NCBI GenBank assembly: GCA_009773645.1
Contig: WSYB01000009.1
Location: 1,480 to 65,479 of the forward strand
Source of the DNA: Geobacteraceae bacterium
GTDB taxonomy: Bacteria > Desulfobacterota > Desulfuromonadia > Geobacterales > Geobacteraceae
DNA length: 64,000 bases
Direction: 5' to 3'
How positions within the stretch are numbered: position 1 is the first letter of the stretch; each line of letters opens with the position of its first letter. Position numbers and translations under genes: made by a program. Under the pieces are notes generated by a model, which saw only the letters and a program-made list of their open reading frames with translations, made no database searches and was not told where the DNA came from. This document shows positions 16,339 through 25,958 of the stretch, piece after piece.

Positions 16339-19032
16339 ATGGGCTTTTTAGACAATGTCAGCCCCCAGTGGCTTGAGGAACAGTACCTCGTCTGGCGGGA
16401 GTTTCCGGAACGGGTGACTCCTTCGTTCCGTGCATTTTTCAGCGGCTTTGAACTGGGAGGGGAAGCTGCTGCCCGCCTCCCCGGCGAAGAATGCCCGGCG
16501 CCTGAACTGGCGCTCAAACAGTCCGGCGTCCAGTCCCTTATCTACCGCTACCGGGACATCGGGCATCTCCTTGCCTGCACCGACCCCCTTTCCCCCTGTA
16601 AAACAGACCATCCGCTCCTCAATCTGCGGGCGTTCAACCTGGGCGAACCGGACCTGGACAGGATCTTCCATACCCGACGCTTTATGAAGGAAGCCGCCAC
16701 GCTCCGGGAAATCCTTGAGGTCATGCGCGAGACCTACTGCCGCTCCATCGGTGTGGAGTTCATGCATATCCAGGAACCGTCGGAGCGTCAGTGGCTCATC
16801 GACCGGATGGAGCCGATCCGGAACAGGACTGAATTCAGCGGAGAGGAGAAGCTGACCATCCTCAGGAAGCTCCAGGAGGCGGCGCTGTTCGAGGGATTTC
16901 TTCACCGGAAATTTCCCGGTCAGACCCGTTTCTCCCTGGAAGGGGGTGAGACGCTCATCGCCGTGCTCGATAGTGCCGTCTCCCATGCGGCGCATCTCGG
17001 CATGACCGACCTGATCCTGGGGATGTCCCACCGGGGGAGACTGAACGTCCTGGCCAACGTCTTTGGAAAGCCGCTGGAAAATATCTTTGCCGAGTTTGCG
17101 GATAACGTGGAGCATGGGATTGTGGGTGAGGGGGATGTGAAGTACCACAAGAGTTTTTCCTTCGATGTGGCGCTCCGGGATGGCGGGCGCATTCACCTCA
17201 CCATGGCCGCAAATCCGAGCCACCTGGAGGCGATCGATCCGGTGGTGGAGGGAAAGTCGCGGGCGCGGCAGGACCGGTACGGCTCCGGCGGGGAGAAGAG
17301 GGTGCTCCCCGTCCTCATCCACGGCGACGCAGCCTTTGCCGGACAGGGGGTGGTGGCGGAAACCTTCAATCTCTCCCAGCTTGGGGGTTACAGGACCGGC
17401 GGGACCGTCCACCTTGTCCTCAACAACCAGATCGGTTTTACCACGCTTCCCGCCGATGCACGCTCCTCCCGCTATGCCACGGATGTGGCGAAGATGGTTA
17501 TGGCGCCCATCTTCCACGTCCACGGGGAAGACCCCGAGGCGGCGGTTCACGTGACGAGGCTTGCTCTCCAATACCGGCAAACCTTCGCCCGAGACGTGGT
17601 GGTGGAGGTGATCTGCTACCGCCGTTACGGTCACAACGAGGGGGATGAACCCTATTTCACCCAGCCGCACATGTATGAAAAGATCAAGGAACGCCCGCAG
17701 GTGGCAGATATCTATGCCCGCATGCTCATGGAACAGGGGGTGGCGGAAGAGCGGATTCGGGAGATGGCCAGGGAGATTACCGCTCGTCTGGAGAAGGCGT
17801 TCGGCAGGGAGGCCGCTGTTGCGGACGCCGGATTCAGGGGTGAGTGGAGCAGGTTTCAGCGGGAATACACCCCCATGAAGGTCGAAACCGGGGTGGATAA
17901 AAAGACGCTCCTGGGGCTGGCCGATATGCTGGCACAGGTGCCGGACGGCTTTACCCCCCACCCCAAGGTTGCTGCCCTGCTTGAGAAGAGGCGGGATGCG
18001 GTGGTTAAGGGGGAGGGAATCGACTGGGGCAATGGGGAGGCCCTTGCCTTTGCGACTCTCCTCAGGGAAGGCTCCTCCATCCGCCTTTCGGGACAGGATG
18101 TCCGCCGCGGCACTTTCAGCCAGCGGCACTGCACCCTGTTCGACCTCGCTACGGAGGAGACCTGTCGTCCGCTCGACACAGCGGCATCGAACGGGGCCGT
18201 CTTTCATGTCTATGACAGCATGCTCTCGGAAAACACGGTGCTGGGTTTTGAGTACGGCTATTCCGTTGAGTCGCCCGACAGCCTCACCATCTGGGAGGCC
18301 CAGTATGGGGATTTTGCCAACGGCGCCCAGGTCGTTATCGACCAGTTTGTGGCGTCAGGCGAAACCAAATGGGATCGGGTGAGCGGTCTGGTCATGCTCC
18401 TTCCCCACGGCTACGAGGGTCAGGGGGCAGAGCATTCCAGCGCCAGAATCGAACGTTTTCTGGAACTCTGCGGCGACAACAACATGCAGGTGGCGTATCC
18501 TTCCACGCCGGCCCAGTACTTCCACCTTCTGCGGCGGCAAATAAGGCAGCCGTTCAGAAAACCGCTCGTGGTCTTCACTCCCAAGAGCCTGCTGCGCCAC
18601 CCCCTGTGCGTTTCCAGTCTGGAAGAGATGGCAGCCGGCTGGTTCCGGGAAATCCTCACTTCCGACGAAAATCCTGAAAAGGTCCAAGCGGTTCTCATCT
18701 GTTCTGGTAAAATATTTTATGAGCTCCTGGAGCGAAAGGAGAGGTCCGGTCGGGACGATACTGCGCTCATAAGGGTAGAGCAGCTCTATCCTCTGCGCAC
18801 CGACCTCCTCCGGGATACGCTTAGCCGGTATAACAGGGGGGGTAGTTTTACGTGGGTGCAGGAAGAACCCCGCAACATGGGGGCCTGGAGCTTCATTCGC
18901 CCTTATCTGAGCGAAATCCTGGGTAAAGAGCCGCGCTACGTGGGGCGGCGGGAGAGCGCCGCCCCGGCGGTCGGCTCCCACCGGGTGCATAAGCAGGAGC
19001 AGGAGAGGATTATCGAGGAAGCCTTTGCATGA
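16339..19032 (+). CDS. sucA: 2-oxoglutarate dehydrogenase E1 component
   Basis: MGFLDNVSPQWLEEQY..., HRGRLNVL and GDAAFAGQGVV (TPP site). About 897 aa from the ATG at 16339. Confidence 0.95.
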   Translation: MGFLDNVSPQWLEEQYLVWREFPERVTPSFRAFFSGFELGGEAAARLPGEECPAPELALKQSGVQSLIYRYRDIGHLLACTDPLSPCKTDHPLLNLRAFNLGEPDLDRIFHTRRFMKEAATLREILEVMRETYCRSIGVEFMHIQEPSERQWLIDRMEPIRNRTEFSGEEKLTILRKLQEAALFEGFLHRKFPGQTRFSLEGGETLIAVLDSAVSHAAHLGMTDLILGMSHRGRLNVLANVFGKPLENIFAEFADNVEHGIVGEGDVKYHKSFSFDVALRDGGRIHLTMAANPSHLEAIDPVVEGKSRARQDRYGSGGEKRVLPVLIHGDAAFAGQGVVAETFNLSQLGGYRTGGTVHLVLNNQIGFTTLPADARSSRYATDVAKMVMAPIFHVHGEDPEAAVHVTRLALQYRQTFARDVVVEVICYRRYGHNEGDEPYFTQPHMYEKIKERPQVADIYARMLMEQGVAEERIREMAREITARLEKAFGREAAVADAGFRGEWSRFQREYTPMKVETGVDKKTLLGLADMLAQVPDGFTPHPKVAALLEKRRDAVVKGEGIDWGNGEALAFATLLREGSSIRLSGQDVRRGTFSQRHCTLFDLATEETCRPLDTAASNGAVFHVYDSMLSENTVLGFEYGYSVESPDSLTIWEAQYGDFANGAQVVIDQFVASGETKWDRVSGLVMLLPHGYEGQGAEHSSARIERFLELCGDNNMQVAYPSTPAQYFHLLRRQIRQPFRKPLVVFTPKSLLRHPLCVSSLEEMAAGWFREILTSDENPEKVQAVLICSGKIFYELLERKERSGRDDTALIRVEQLYPLRTDLLRDTLSRYNRGGSFTWVQEEPRNMGAWSFIRPYLSEILGKEPRYVGRRESAAPAVGSHRVHKQEQERIIEEAFA

Positions 19033-19049
19033 ATTAGGCAGCTTTTTTA

Positions 19050-19136
19050 AGTCCCCCTTTTTGTAAAGGGGGATTGAGGGGGATTTAGCACCGGTGATCA
19101 AATCCCCCCTTGCCCCCCTTTACGAAAGGGGGGATG
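19050..19136. repeat. CCCCCTTT(N)AAAGGGGG multi-hairpin element, copy 1
   Basis: agtccccctttttgtaaagggggattgagggggatttagca...aaatccccccttgcccccctttacgaaagggggga. It fills the sucA-sucB gap. Confidence 0.85.
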
Positions 19137-19158
19137 AAAATCTTTGAAAGGCATAATT

Positions 19159-20352
19159 ATGGAAATTAAAGTTCCCGAAGTGGGCGAATCGGTATTTGAG
19201 GCGCTCGTGGCCAGGTGGTACAAAAAGGATGGCGAGCGGGTGGCTAAAGACGAGCCTCTCTGTGAGGTGGAGACCGACAAGATCACCTTCGAGATCAGCG
19301 CCGAAGCTGCCGGCATCCTTTCCATCGGTGTGCCGGAGGGGACGACGGTCAAGATCGGCAGCGTTATCGGAGCTATAGAGGAGAAAGCCCCGCTGGAAAC
19401 GACTCCGCGGGAAGAAAAGAAGGAGACCGTTCTCCCGGCCGTCTCTCCAGCGGAGCCGGCGCGGCGCGTTCCTCCCTCGGAGCGAAAGGCTGCCCGTGAA
19501 AAGGAAATAGAGGCGGAAAAGCCGGGAAGCGGGAAGCGGGAAGCGGGAAGCGGGGAACAACAAGCGGGGACCGGGGACCGGGGACCGGGGATCGGCAAAG
19601 CGAAGGAGCAAATCTTAAGCCTCGAACCTCGAACTTCGGACCTCAAGGCCGAAGGCCGCGAAACCCGCAAGCCGATGACGCCCATTCGGCGGCGGATCGC
19701 GGAACGGTTGCTTTCGGCGCGCCAGCAGACTGCCATGCTCACCTCCTTCAACGAGGCGGATATGAGCGGGGTGGCCGCCCTGCGGCAGAAACACAGGGAG
19801 GATTTCAAGAAGAAGCACGGCGTTTCCCTGGGGCTCATGCCGTTTTTCGTCAAGGCCTGCGTTGAGGCGCTCCAGGAGTTTCCCCAGGTCAACGCCCGGA
19901 TCGACGGGGACGACATCGTTTATCATCATTTCTACGACATCGGCATTGCCGTCAGCGGGGAAAAGGGGCTGGTGGTGCCGGTGCTGCGGGACGCCGACCG
20001 GCTCCATTTTGCCGGGATCGAGAAGACCATCGAGGACTTCGTGGAACGGATCAGGACCAATAAATTGAACATTTCCGACCTGGAGGGAGGAACCTTCACC
20101 ATCACCAACGGCGGCGTGTTCGGCTCGCTCCTCAGCACCCCCATCATCAATCCCCCGCAGAGCGCGGTTCTGGGGATGCACGCCATTCAGGACCGTCCGG
20201 TGGCGCGAGACGGCAAGGTGGTGATCCAGCCGATGATGTACCTGGCCCTTTCCTATGACCATCGGATCATCGACGGCCGTGAGGCGGTGCAGTTCCTGAA
20301 AAAGGTCAAGGATTATATCGAAGAGCCGGTGGAGATGCTGCTGGAGGGGTGA
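19159..20352 (+). CDS. sucB: Dihydrolipoamide succinyltransferase (2-oxoglutarate dehydrogenase E2)
   Basis: Lipoyl domain [12 protein letters not shown]...[12 protein letters not shown] and catalytic domain ending [15 protein letters not shown]. The middle region is repeat-derived. Confidence 0.9.
   Translation: MEIKVPEVGESVFEALVARWYKKDGERVAKDEPLCEVETDKITFEISAEAAGILSIGVPEGTTVKIGSVIGAIEEKAPLETTPREEKKETVLPAVSPAEPARRVPPSERKAAREKEIEAEKPGSGKREAGSGEQQAGTGDRGPGIGKAKEQILSLEPRTSDLKAEGRETRKPMTPIRRRIAERLLSARQQTAMLTSFNEADMSGVAALRQKHREDFKKKHGVSLGLMPFFVKACVEALQEFPQVNARIDGDDIVYHHFYDIGIAVSGEKGLVVPVLRDADRLHFAGIEKTIEDFVERIRTNKLNISDLEGGTFTITNGGVFGSLLSTPIINPPQSAVLGMHAIQDRPVARDGKVVIQPMMYLALSYDHRIIDGREAVQFLKKVKDYIEEPVEMLLEG
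19523..19594. repeat. Two heptanucleotide microsatellites, (GGGAAGC)x4 and (GGGGACC)x3.5, inside sucB
   Basis: cgggaagcgggaagcgggaagcgggaagcggggaacaacaagcggggaccggggaccggggaccggggatcgg. It encodes [25 protein letters not shown]. Confidence 0.9.
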
Positions 20353-20383
20353 AAACCAACGATAAGCAAAGAGGGCAAAGAAA

Positions 20384-21211
20384 ATGTTTACTAAACGCCA
20401 TGCAATCCTATGCAGCGTTTTTGCAGTGTGCATGTTTACAGGATGTGTCACAACTCCATTTCCGCAGTTAGTAGAAGCTGAAAAAAAGCAGGCGGCCGCG
20501 ATGAATATCGCTTCATACGAGCAAATTCGGCCTGCGATTGAGAAAATTCAGGCAGGAGACACTCGAGACAAAGTACTGGGTATTGTAAAACCAAAAAAAG
20601 ATGAGGGAAATTATATTTCTATAACTCAACGGGGAGTAGTCACAGGTATTTACATTTACCATAATTGGCCCGGTGTACTGACTACTTTTGATAGAGCGGG
20701 TTACTTCGAACCCGAAAAGCTCAGGGAGATACATTTGGGTTACCTGGAAGGACAGATGCTGAGACCGAGAAAGATCATAATCTTCGAGAAAGACAAGGTA
20801 TCGCAAATTCTAGACGTGCCCGATCCTTTGGCTCTGGCACTGGAGCCAGGTGTGACAATCAAGAAACTGGATTGGTTGTCCTTTATGCGCAAGGAAGCCT
20901 ATACAGGATTGTTCTTGCCCAAAAAAGACCGTATCGTCCGTGGAATGCACAGGTGGGAACTCTTTATCCTTCTGGGGGCAAATTACATGATGAGTACTGA
21001 CTGGCAATCCTTCACGATCATGTGTCCCGGTTTTTTGAACTACAGTCGTAGCGAATTTTCTAAGGAAACCCAGGAGGGCATCCGCACGGTTTATCCCTTT
21101 GGGTACCTGGATGGAGATAGAGAGGTCATAGAGTGGGAAGTGGAACTGCTAAACTTCCGTGTCACAGATGTGAGGCCATACCGGGATGAAACAAAGAATA
21201 AATTCCACTAG
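20384..21211 (+). CDS. Hypothetical lipoprotein, visibly lower GC than its neighbours
   Basis: Signal plus lipobox-like MFTKRHAILCSVFAVCMFTGC. I recognise no family. AT-rich codon usage contrasts with sucB and lpd. Confidence 0.6.
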   Translation: MFTKRHAILCSVFAVCMFTGCVTTPFPQLVEAEKKQAAAMNIASYEQIRPAIEKIQAGDTRDKVLGIVKPKKDEGNYISITQRGVVTGIYIYHNWPGVLTTFDRAGYFEPEKLREIHLGYLEGQMLRPRKIIIFEKDKVSQILDVPDPLALALEPGVTIKKLDWLSFMRKEAYTGLFLPKKDRIVRGMHRWELFILLGANYMMSTDWQSFTIMCPGFLNYSRSEFSKETQEGIRTVYPFGYLDGDREVIEWEVELLNFRVTDVRPYRDETKNKFH

Positions 21212-21214
21212 GTA

Positions 21215-21237
21215 ATCCCCCGGCTCTGCCGGGGGAT
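21215..21237 (+). terminator. GC hairpin after the lipoprotein gene (weak terminator or attenuator)
   Basis: atcccccgg-ctctg-ccgggggat, but with no clear T-tract after it. Confidence 0.3.
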
Positions 21238-21279
21238 GTCTTACTAGAATGATGAAAAGAATTTAGGAGGCCATACTGC

Positions 21280-22704
21280 ATGCCCGAAGAAATCTACGAC
21301 CTGATCGTTATCGGCGCCGGTCCCGGCGGTTACGTGGCCGCCATCCGCGCTGTCCAGCTGGGGATGAAAGTCGCTGTGGTGGAGCGGAACGAGTGGCTTG
21401 GCGGGGTCTGCCTCAACGAGGGGTGCATCCCGAGCAAGGCGCTCCTCGACTCCAGCGAGATGTTTGCCTTGGCGCGGGACAAGTTCGCCAGCCACGGTAT
21501 CGACATCAGTCCTCCTTCCCTTAACCTGGCGCGGATGATGGCGCGCAAGGACGATGTGGTGAAAAAGCTCACCGATGGTATTGCCTTTCTTTTCAAGAAG
21601 AACAGGATCACCCGTTTCCAGGGGACTGCCAAGCTCGGCGGAGCTCGCAAGGACGGCATGCAGGTGGTAGAGGTGCTGACCCCCGCAATGCCGGCCATTC
21701 CTCAACTTGTGAACGGCAGGCGGGTGCTGCTGGCAACGGGGAGCCAGGCGGTGGAGGTCCCGGCGTTTCCCTTTGACGGCGATACCGTGGTCAGTGCCCG
21801 AGAGGCCCTTGCCTTCAGCGTCGTGCCGGTACATCTGCTCGTCGTCGGCGGCGGCTACATCGGCCTGGAGCTCGGTTCGGTCTGGTTGCGCCTCGGCAGC
21901 AAGGTCACCGTGGCGGAGATGCTCCCCGGCATCCTCCCCAACACAGACCGGCAGGTGGCGGAAACGCTGCTGCGCTCCCTGAAAAAGCAGGGGATGACCT
22001 TTCACCTTGAAACAAAGGTTTCTTCAATCGAGAAACGGGACGGCAAGGCTTATGTGCAGCTGGTCAGCGGCGATAAAATTGATGAAATAATCTGCGACAA
22101 GGTTCTCGTGGCGGTCGGCCGTAAGCCGCTGACAGCCGGACTCGGTCTCGAACAGTTGGGGGTCGCCCCGGACGCAAACGGCCGGATAACGGTAAACGAT
22201 AATTACGAGACCGCCGTTTCGGGCATCTACGCCATCGGTGATCTGATCCAGGGGCCGATGCTGGCCCACAAGGCGATGGAAGAGGGGGTGGTGTTTGCGG
22301 AGCGGCTTGCAGGGCAGGCCTCCGTGGTCGAATACGACTACGTTCCCGGTATCGTCTATACCTGGCCGGAGGCGGCGTCTGTGGGAAAAACTGAAGAGCA
22401 GTTGACGGATGAGGGCATCCCGTACGCCGCCGGGAGGTTCAACTTCATGGGCAACGGCCGGGCCAGATGCCTGGACGAGACCGAGGGGTTTGTGAAAATC
22501 CTTGCCCACCGGGAGACCGGCCGGGTCCTCGGCATCCATGTCATCGGCCCGCGGGCCTCGGATATGATCGCCGAGGCGGTGACGGTCATGACTTACGGAG
22601 GGAGCGCCCAGGACATCGCCATGACCTTCCATGCCCATCCGACCCTGTCGGAGGCGGTAAAGGAGGCGGCGCTGGACGTGGAAAAGAGAGCGATTCATTC
22701 TTGA
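21280..22704 (+). CDS. lpdA: Dihydrolipoyl dehydrogenase (E3)
   Basis: GAGPGGY FAD site, redox-active GGVCLNEGCIPSK, a second GGGYIGLE dinucleotide fold and a C-terminal HAHPTLSE. Confidence 0.95.
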   Translation: MPEEIYDLIVIGAGPGGYVAAIRAVQLGMKVAVVERNEWLGGVCLNEGCIPSKALLDSSEMFALARDKFASHGIDISPPSLNLARMMARKDDVVKKLTDGIAFLFKKNRITRFQGTAKLGGARKDGMQVVEVLTPAMPAIPQLVNGRRVLLATGSQAVEVPAFPFDGDTVVSAREALAFSVVPVHLLVVGGGYIGLELGSVWLRLGSKVTVAEMLPGILPNTDRQVAETLLRSLKKQGMTFHLETKVSSIEKRDGKAYVQLVSGDKIDEIICDKVLVAVGRKPLTAGLGLEQLGVAPDANGRITVNDNYETAVSGIYAIGDLIQGPMLAHKAMEEGVVFAERLAGQASVVEYDYVPGIVYTWPEAASVGKTEEQLTDEGIPYAAGRFNFMGNGRARCLDETEGFVKILAHRETGRVLGIHVIGPRASDMIAEAVTVMTYGGSAQDIAMTFHAHPTLSEAVKEAALDVEKRAIHS

Positions 22705-22708
22705 TCTT

Positions 22709-22939
22709 TGCCACAGAGACACAGAGCCACGGAGATAAATGCAGAAAAAACCGGTTTTTTGCTTTTCGATTACCCCAAGATTACCTCAGATTTTAAACCT
22801 TATGTAAGGTGGTATTGGAATTACGAAGTAATCGTGAAGTAATCGTGAAGTAATCGTGAGGTAATCGTGAGGTAATCGTGAGGTCGAAGAAAGTTTTTAA
22901 AATTTTTTTCCTTCTCTGTGCCTCTGTGTCTCTGTGGCA
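22709..22939. repeat. Nested long inverted repeat built from octamer arrays (CACRGAGN arms), filling the lpd-aconitase gap
   Basis: The left arm tgccacagagacacagagccacggagataaa pairs with the right arm ttccttctctgtgcctctgtgtctctgtggca. The inner left segment cgattaccccaagattacctcag is complementary to the 11-mer array. Confidence 0.85.
22825..22885. repeat. 11-bp tandem repeat, about 5.5 copies (GARGTAATCGT)
   Basis: gaagtaatcgt x3 then gaggtaatcgt x2 then gaggtc, read directly. Confidence 0.95.
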
Positions 22940-22962
22940 GAAGTTAGGTAAGGAGGTATGTC

Positions 22963-24897
22963 ATGGGTAAGAACCTTGCAACAAAAATTCTTGAAGCCCA
23001 CCTCGTCGAAGGGGAACTGATTCCCGGCAAAGAGATCGCCATCAAGATCGACCACACCCTCCTCCAGGACGCCACCGGCACCATGGCGATGCTGGAGTTC
23101 ATGGCCATGGGGGCGCCGCGGGCAAAGGTGGAACTGGCGGCCCAGTACATCGACCATAATCTCCTCCAGACCGACAGCAAGAATGCCGACGACCACGTCT
23201 TCCTGATGACGGCGGCGCAGAAGTTCGGCATTCACCTATCCAAGCCTGGAAACGGCGTCTCCCACCAGGTGCACCTGGAGCGCTTCGGCGCGCCGGGCAA
23301 GGTAATGCTCGGCGCAGACTCCCATACCCCGACGGCGGCGGGCCTTGCCATGCTCGCCATCGGCGCCGGCGGGCTCGATGTGGCCATGGCCATGGCCGGT
23401 CATCCGTTCCATCTCCCCTGTCCGCGGATTTGGGGGGTGAAGCTCACGGGAAAGCTCCCCGACTGGGTTTCCGGCAAGGATGTGATCCTGGAGATGCTGC
23501 GCCGTCATACGGTCAAGGGGGGGGTCGGGAAGATCATCGAATACTACGGGCCGGGGGTGGAGACCCTGTCGGCAACCGACCGGGGGACCATCGGCAACAT
23601 GGGAGCAGAGCTTGGAGCGACCACCTCCGTCTTCCCTTCGGACCACCGCACCAGGGAATTTCTCGAAGCCCAGGGGAGGGGGGAATGCTGGCAGCCTCTG
23701 ACAGCCGATCCGGATGCCGCGTACGACGAATACGACGAGATCGACCTTTCCGCTCTGGAGCCGCTCATCGCTTGTCCTTCTTCGCCCGATAACGTGGTGA
23801 AGGTCAAGGATGTGGAGGGGGTAAAGGTGGACCAGGTCATAGTGGGGAGTTCGGTAAACTCATCGTTCCGCGACCTGATGGTCGTCTGCAGGATATTGGA
23901 CGGGAAGCGGGTCGCCCCCCACGTCTCCTTCAACATCAATCCGGGGAGCCGCCAGGTACTGGAAAACGTCGCAGCCCAGAGCGGCTTCATGTCGCTGCTA
24001 CTGGCCGGAGCGCAGGTCCACCAGCCCGGCTGCCTGGGGTGCATCGGCATGGGGCAGGCGCCCGGAACCAACCAGGTGTCCCTTCGCACCTTCCCGCGCA
24101 ATTTCCCCGGCCGAAGCGGCGTGAAGAACGACCGGGTCTACCTCTGCTCTCCGGAAACCGCGGCGGCGGCCGGCATCTACGGGGTCATCACCGATCCGCG
24201 CAAGCTCGGGGAATTCGGTCCTTGTCCGCGGGTGGAAAACCCGCAGAAATACCTGCTGGACGACTCCAGTATCATCCCCCCGCTGGAGGATACCAGCGGG
24301 GTGGAGATCGTCACCGGTCCGAATATCGTTCCCTTCCCGGAATTCGAGGAGCTGCCCGGGGAACTCACCGCGGAGGTCATCATCAAGGTAGAAGACAACA
24401 TCTCCACCGATACCATCATGCCGGCAGGCAACCGGGTCCTCCCGTTCCGGAGCAACATCCCGGCCATAAGCCAGTTTGTCTTCGAGCAGATCGACCCGGA
24501 CTTCCACAAGCGGGCAAAAGAAAAGGGGAACGGTGTTGTTGTAGGCGGCGAGAATTACGGCCAGGGGTCATCCCGCGAGCATGCGGCCCTGGCGCCCCGC
24601 TATCTGGGTATCCGCGCCAAGATCGCCAAGAGTTTCGCCCGCATCCACAAGGCGAACCTGATCAACTTCGGCATCCTCCCGCTCACCTTCGAGAACCCGG
24701 CCGATTATGGCCTGGTGAAACAGGGGGACAAGGTCACCTTCAAAAACCTCCGGGACCTCATCGCTTCCGGCGCGAAGGAGATACCGGTGCAGGTGGACGG
24801 GAGGGAGATCGTCACCATCCTGGAAGTTTCCGAGCGAGAGCGACAGGACCTGCTTGCGGGTGGGACGCTTAATTATGTGAAAAAGGGGAATTTGTAG
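22963..24897 (+). CDS. Aconitate hydratase (short, about 645-aa type)
   Basis: IDHTLLQDATG, GADSHT, cluster ligands ..QPGCLGCIGMG.., and the swivel domain GENYGQGSSREHAA. AGGAGG RBS upstream. Confidence 0.9.
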   Translation: MGKNLATKILEAHLVEGELIPGKEIAIKIDHTLLQDATGTMAMLEFMAMGAPRAKVELAAQYIDHNLLQTDSKNADDHVFLMTAAQKFGIHLSKPGNGVSHQVHLERFGAPGKVMLGADSHTPTAAGLAMLAIGAGGLDVAMAMAGHPFHLPCPRIWGVKLTGKLPDWVSGKDVILEMLRRHTVKGGVGKIIEYYGPGVETLSATDRGTIGNMGAELGATTSVFPSDHRTREFLEAQGRGECWQPLTADPDAAYDEYDEIDLSALEPLIACPSSPDNVVKVKDVEGVKVDQVIVGSSVNSSFRDLMVVCRILDGKRVAPHVSFNINPGSRQVLENVAAQSGFMSLLLAGAQVHQPGCLGCIGMGQAPGTNQVSLRTFPRNFPGRSGVKNDRVYLCSPETAAAAGIYGVITDPRKLGEFGPCPRVENPQKYLLDDSSIIPPLEDTSGVEIVTGPNIVPFPEFEELPGELTAEVIIKVEDNISTDTIMPAGNRVLPFRSNIPAISQFVFEQIDPDFHKRAKEKGNGVVVGGENYGQGSSREHAALAPRYLGIRAKIAKSFARIHKANLINFGILPLTFENPADYGLVKQGDKVTFKNLRDLIASGAKEIPVQVDGREIVTILEVSERERQDLLAGGTLNYVKKGNL

Positions 24898-24952
24898 GGG
24901 CGGCCCTGTGTGGCCGCCCGAGGCAGGGCACCCACACGGGGGTGCCCCTACA
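24893..24952. repeat. TGTAGGGGC...GCCCCTACA compound palindrome
   Basis: tgtaggggcggccctgtgtggccgcccgaggcagggcacccacacgggggtgcccctaca. The aconitase stop TAG (24895-24897) lies in the left arm. Confidence 0.85.
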
Positions 24953-24975
24953 TTCCCCAACCAGATGAGGTTTTT

Positions 24976-25953
24976 ATGGAATCCAAATTACGCGCCATCC
25001 TGCCCGACCACGACCTGTTAAAGATGTACGAACAGATGGTGCTATGCCGCGAGTTTGAGGAGTCGTGCGCGGAACAGTACACCAAGGGGCACATCACGGG
25101 CTTCCTCCATCTATACAGCGGCCAGGAGGCGGTGGCGGTGGGGGCGACCCACGCCCTCCACAAGGACGACTACGTGGTCTCCGCCTACCGCGAGCACGCC
25201 CAGGCCATCGTCCGGGGGGCGGACCCGAAAAGGGTCATGGCCGAGCTGTTCGGGAAGGCGACCGGCATCTGCAAGGGGAAAGGGGGCTCCATGCACCTCT
25301 TTGACCCGGACCTTTCCTTCATGGGGGGCTATGCCATCGTCGGCGGGCAGTTCCCCATCGCCTGCGGGCTGGCCTTCGCCTCCAAGTTCCGCCAGGAGGG
25401 GCGGGTCACCGCCTGCTTTTTCGGCGATGGGGCGGTGAATCAGGGGAATTTCCACGAGGGGCTCAACTGGGCACGCCTCTGGGAGTTGCCGGTCCTCTAT
25501 GTCTGCGAGAACAACTTCTACGGGATCGGCACCGAGGTGCACCGCGCATCGGCCCTTCCCGACATCCACAAGCGGACCTGCGGCTACGATATCCCCTCGG
25601 AGCAGGTGGACGGCATGGATGCGCCGGCCGTTTACCAGGCGGTAAAGCATGCGGCGGAGTGGGTGCGGGAGCACAGCTCCCCCTATCTGATCGAGGCGAT
25701 AACCTACCGCTTCCGCGGCCACTCCATGGCCGATCCGGGGAAATACCGTAGCGCGGCGGAGGTGGAGCTCTGGAAGGAGCGGGACCCGATCCCGAACTTC
25801 GGGAAGCGCCTCATTGAGGAAGGGATTGTAGCCGCCGGGAGGCTCAAGGAGATGCAGGTGGAGACGCAGGCGGTAGTCAAGGAGGCGGTGCGGTTCGCCG
25901 AGGAGTCGCCGTGGCCGGAGGATGCGGAAGTCTTTAACGACATTTTTGTTTGA
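24976..25953 (+). CDS. pdhA: Pyruvate (2-oxoacid) dehydrogenase E1 alpha subunit
   Basis: GFLHLYSGQEAVAVG, GKGGSMH, TPP motif GDGAVNQGNFHEGLNWA...CENNFYG and YRFRGHSMAD. Confidence 0.9.
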   Translation: MESKLRAILPDHDLLKMYEQMVLCREFEESCAEQYTKGHITGFLHLYSGQEAVAVGATHALHKDDYVVSAYREHAQAIVRGADPKRVMAELFGKATGICKGKGGSMHLFDPDLSFMGGYAIVGGQFPIACGLAFASKFRQEGRVTACFFGDGAVNQGNFHEGLNWARLWELPVLYVCENNFYGIGTEVHRASALPDIHKRTCGYDIPSEQVDGMDAPAVYQAVKHAAEWVREHSSPYLIEAITYRFRGHSMADPGKYRSAAEVELWKERDPIPNFGKRLIEEGIVAAGRLKEMQVETQAVVKEAVRFAEESPWPEDAEVFNDIFV

Positions 25954-25958
25954 AAGAA

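Noticed and set aside
16348-18207. 619-aa ORF on the minus strand, opposite sucA
   Set aside because: The translation is low-complexity Gly/Arg/Pro/Leu-rich with no motifs. It lies entirely antisense to a gene with unmistakable 2-oxoglutarate dehydrogenase E1 motifs. This is a typical shadow ORF of GC-rich DNA.
22825-22885. CRISPR-like array
   Set aside because: The repeats are 11 bp, directly abutting with no spacers, and there are no cas genes. It is a simple tandem repeat forming one arm of a hairpin element.
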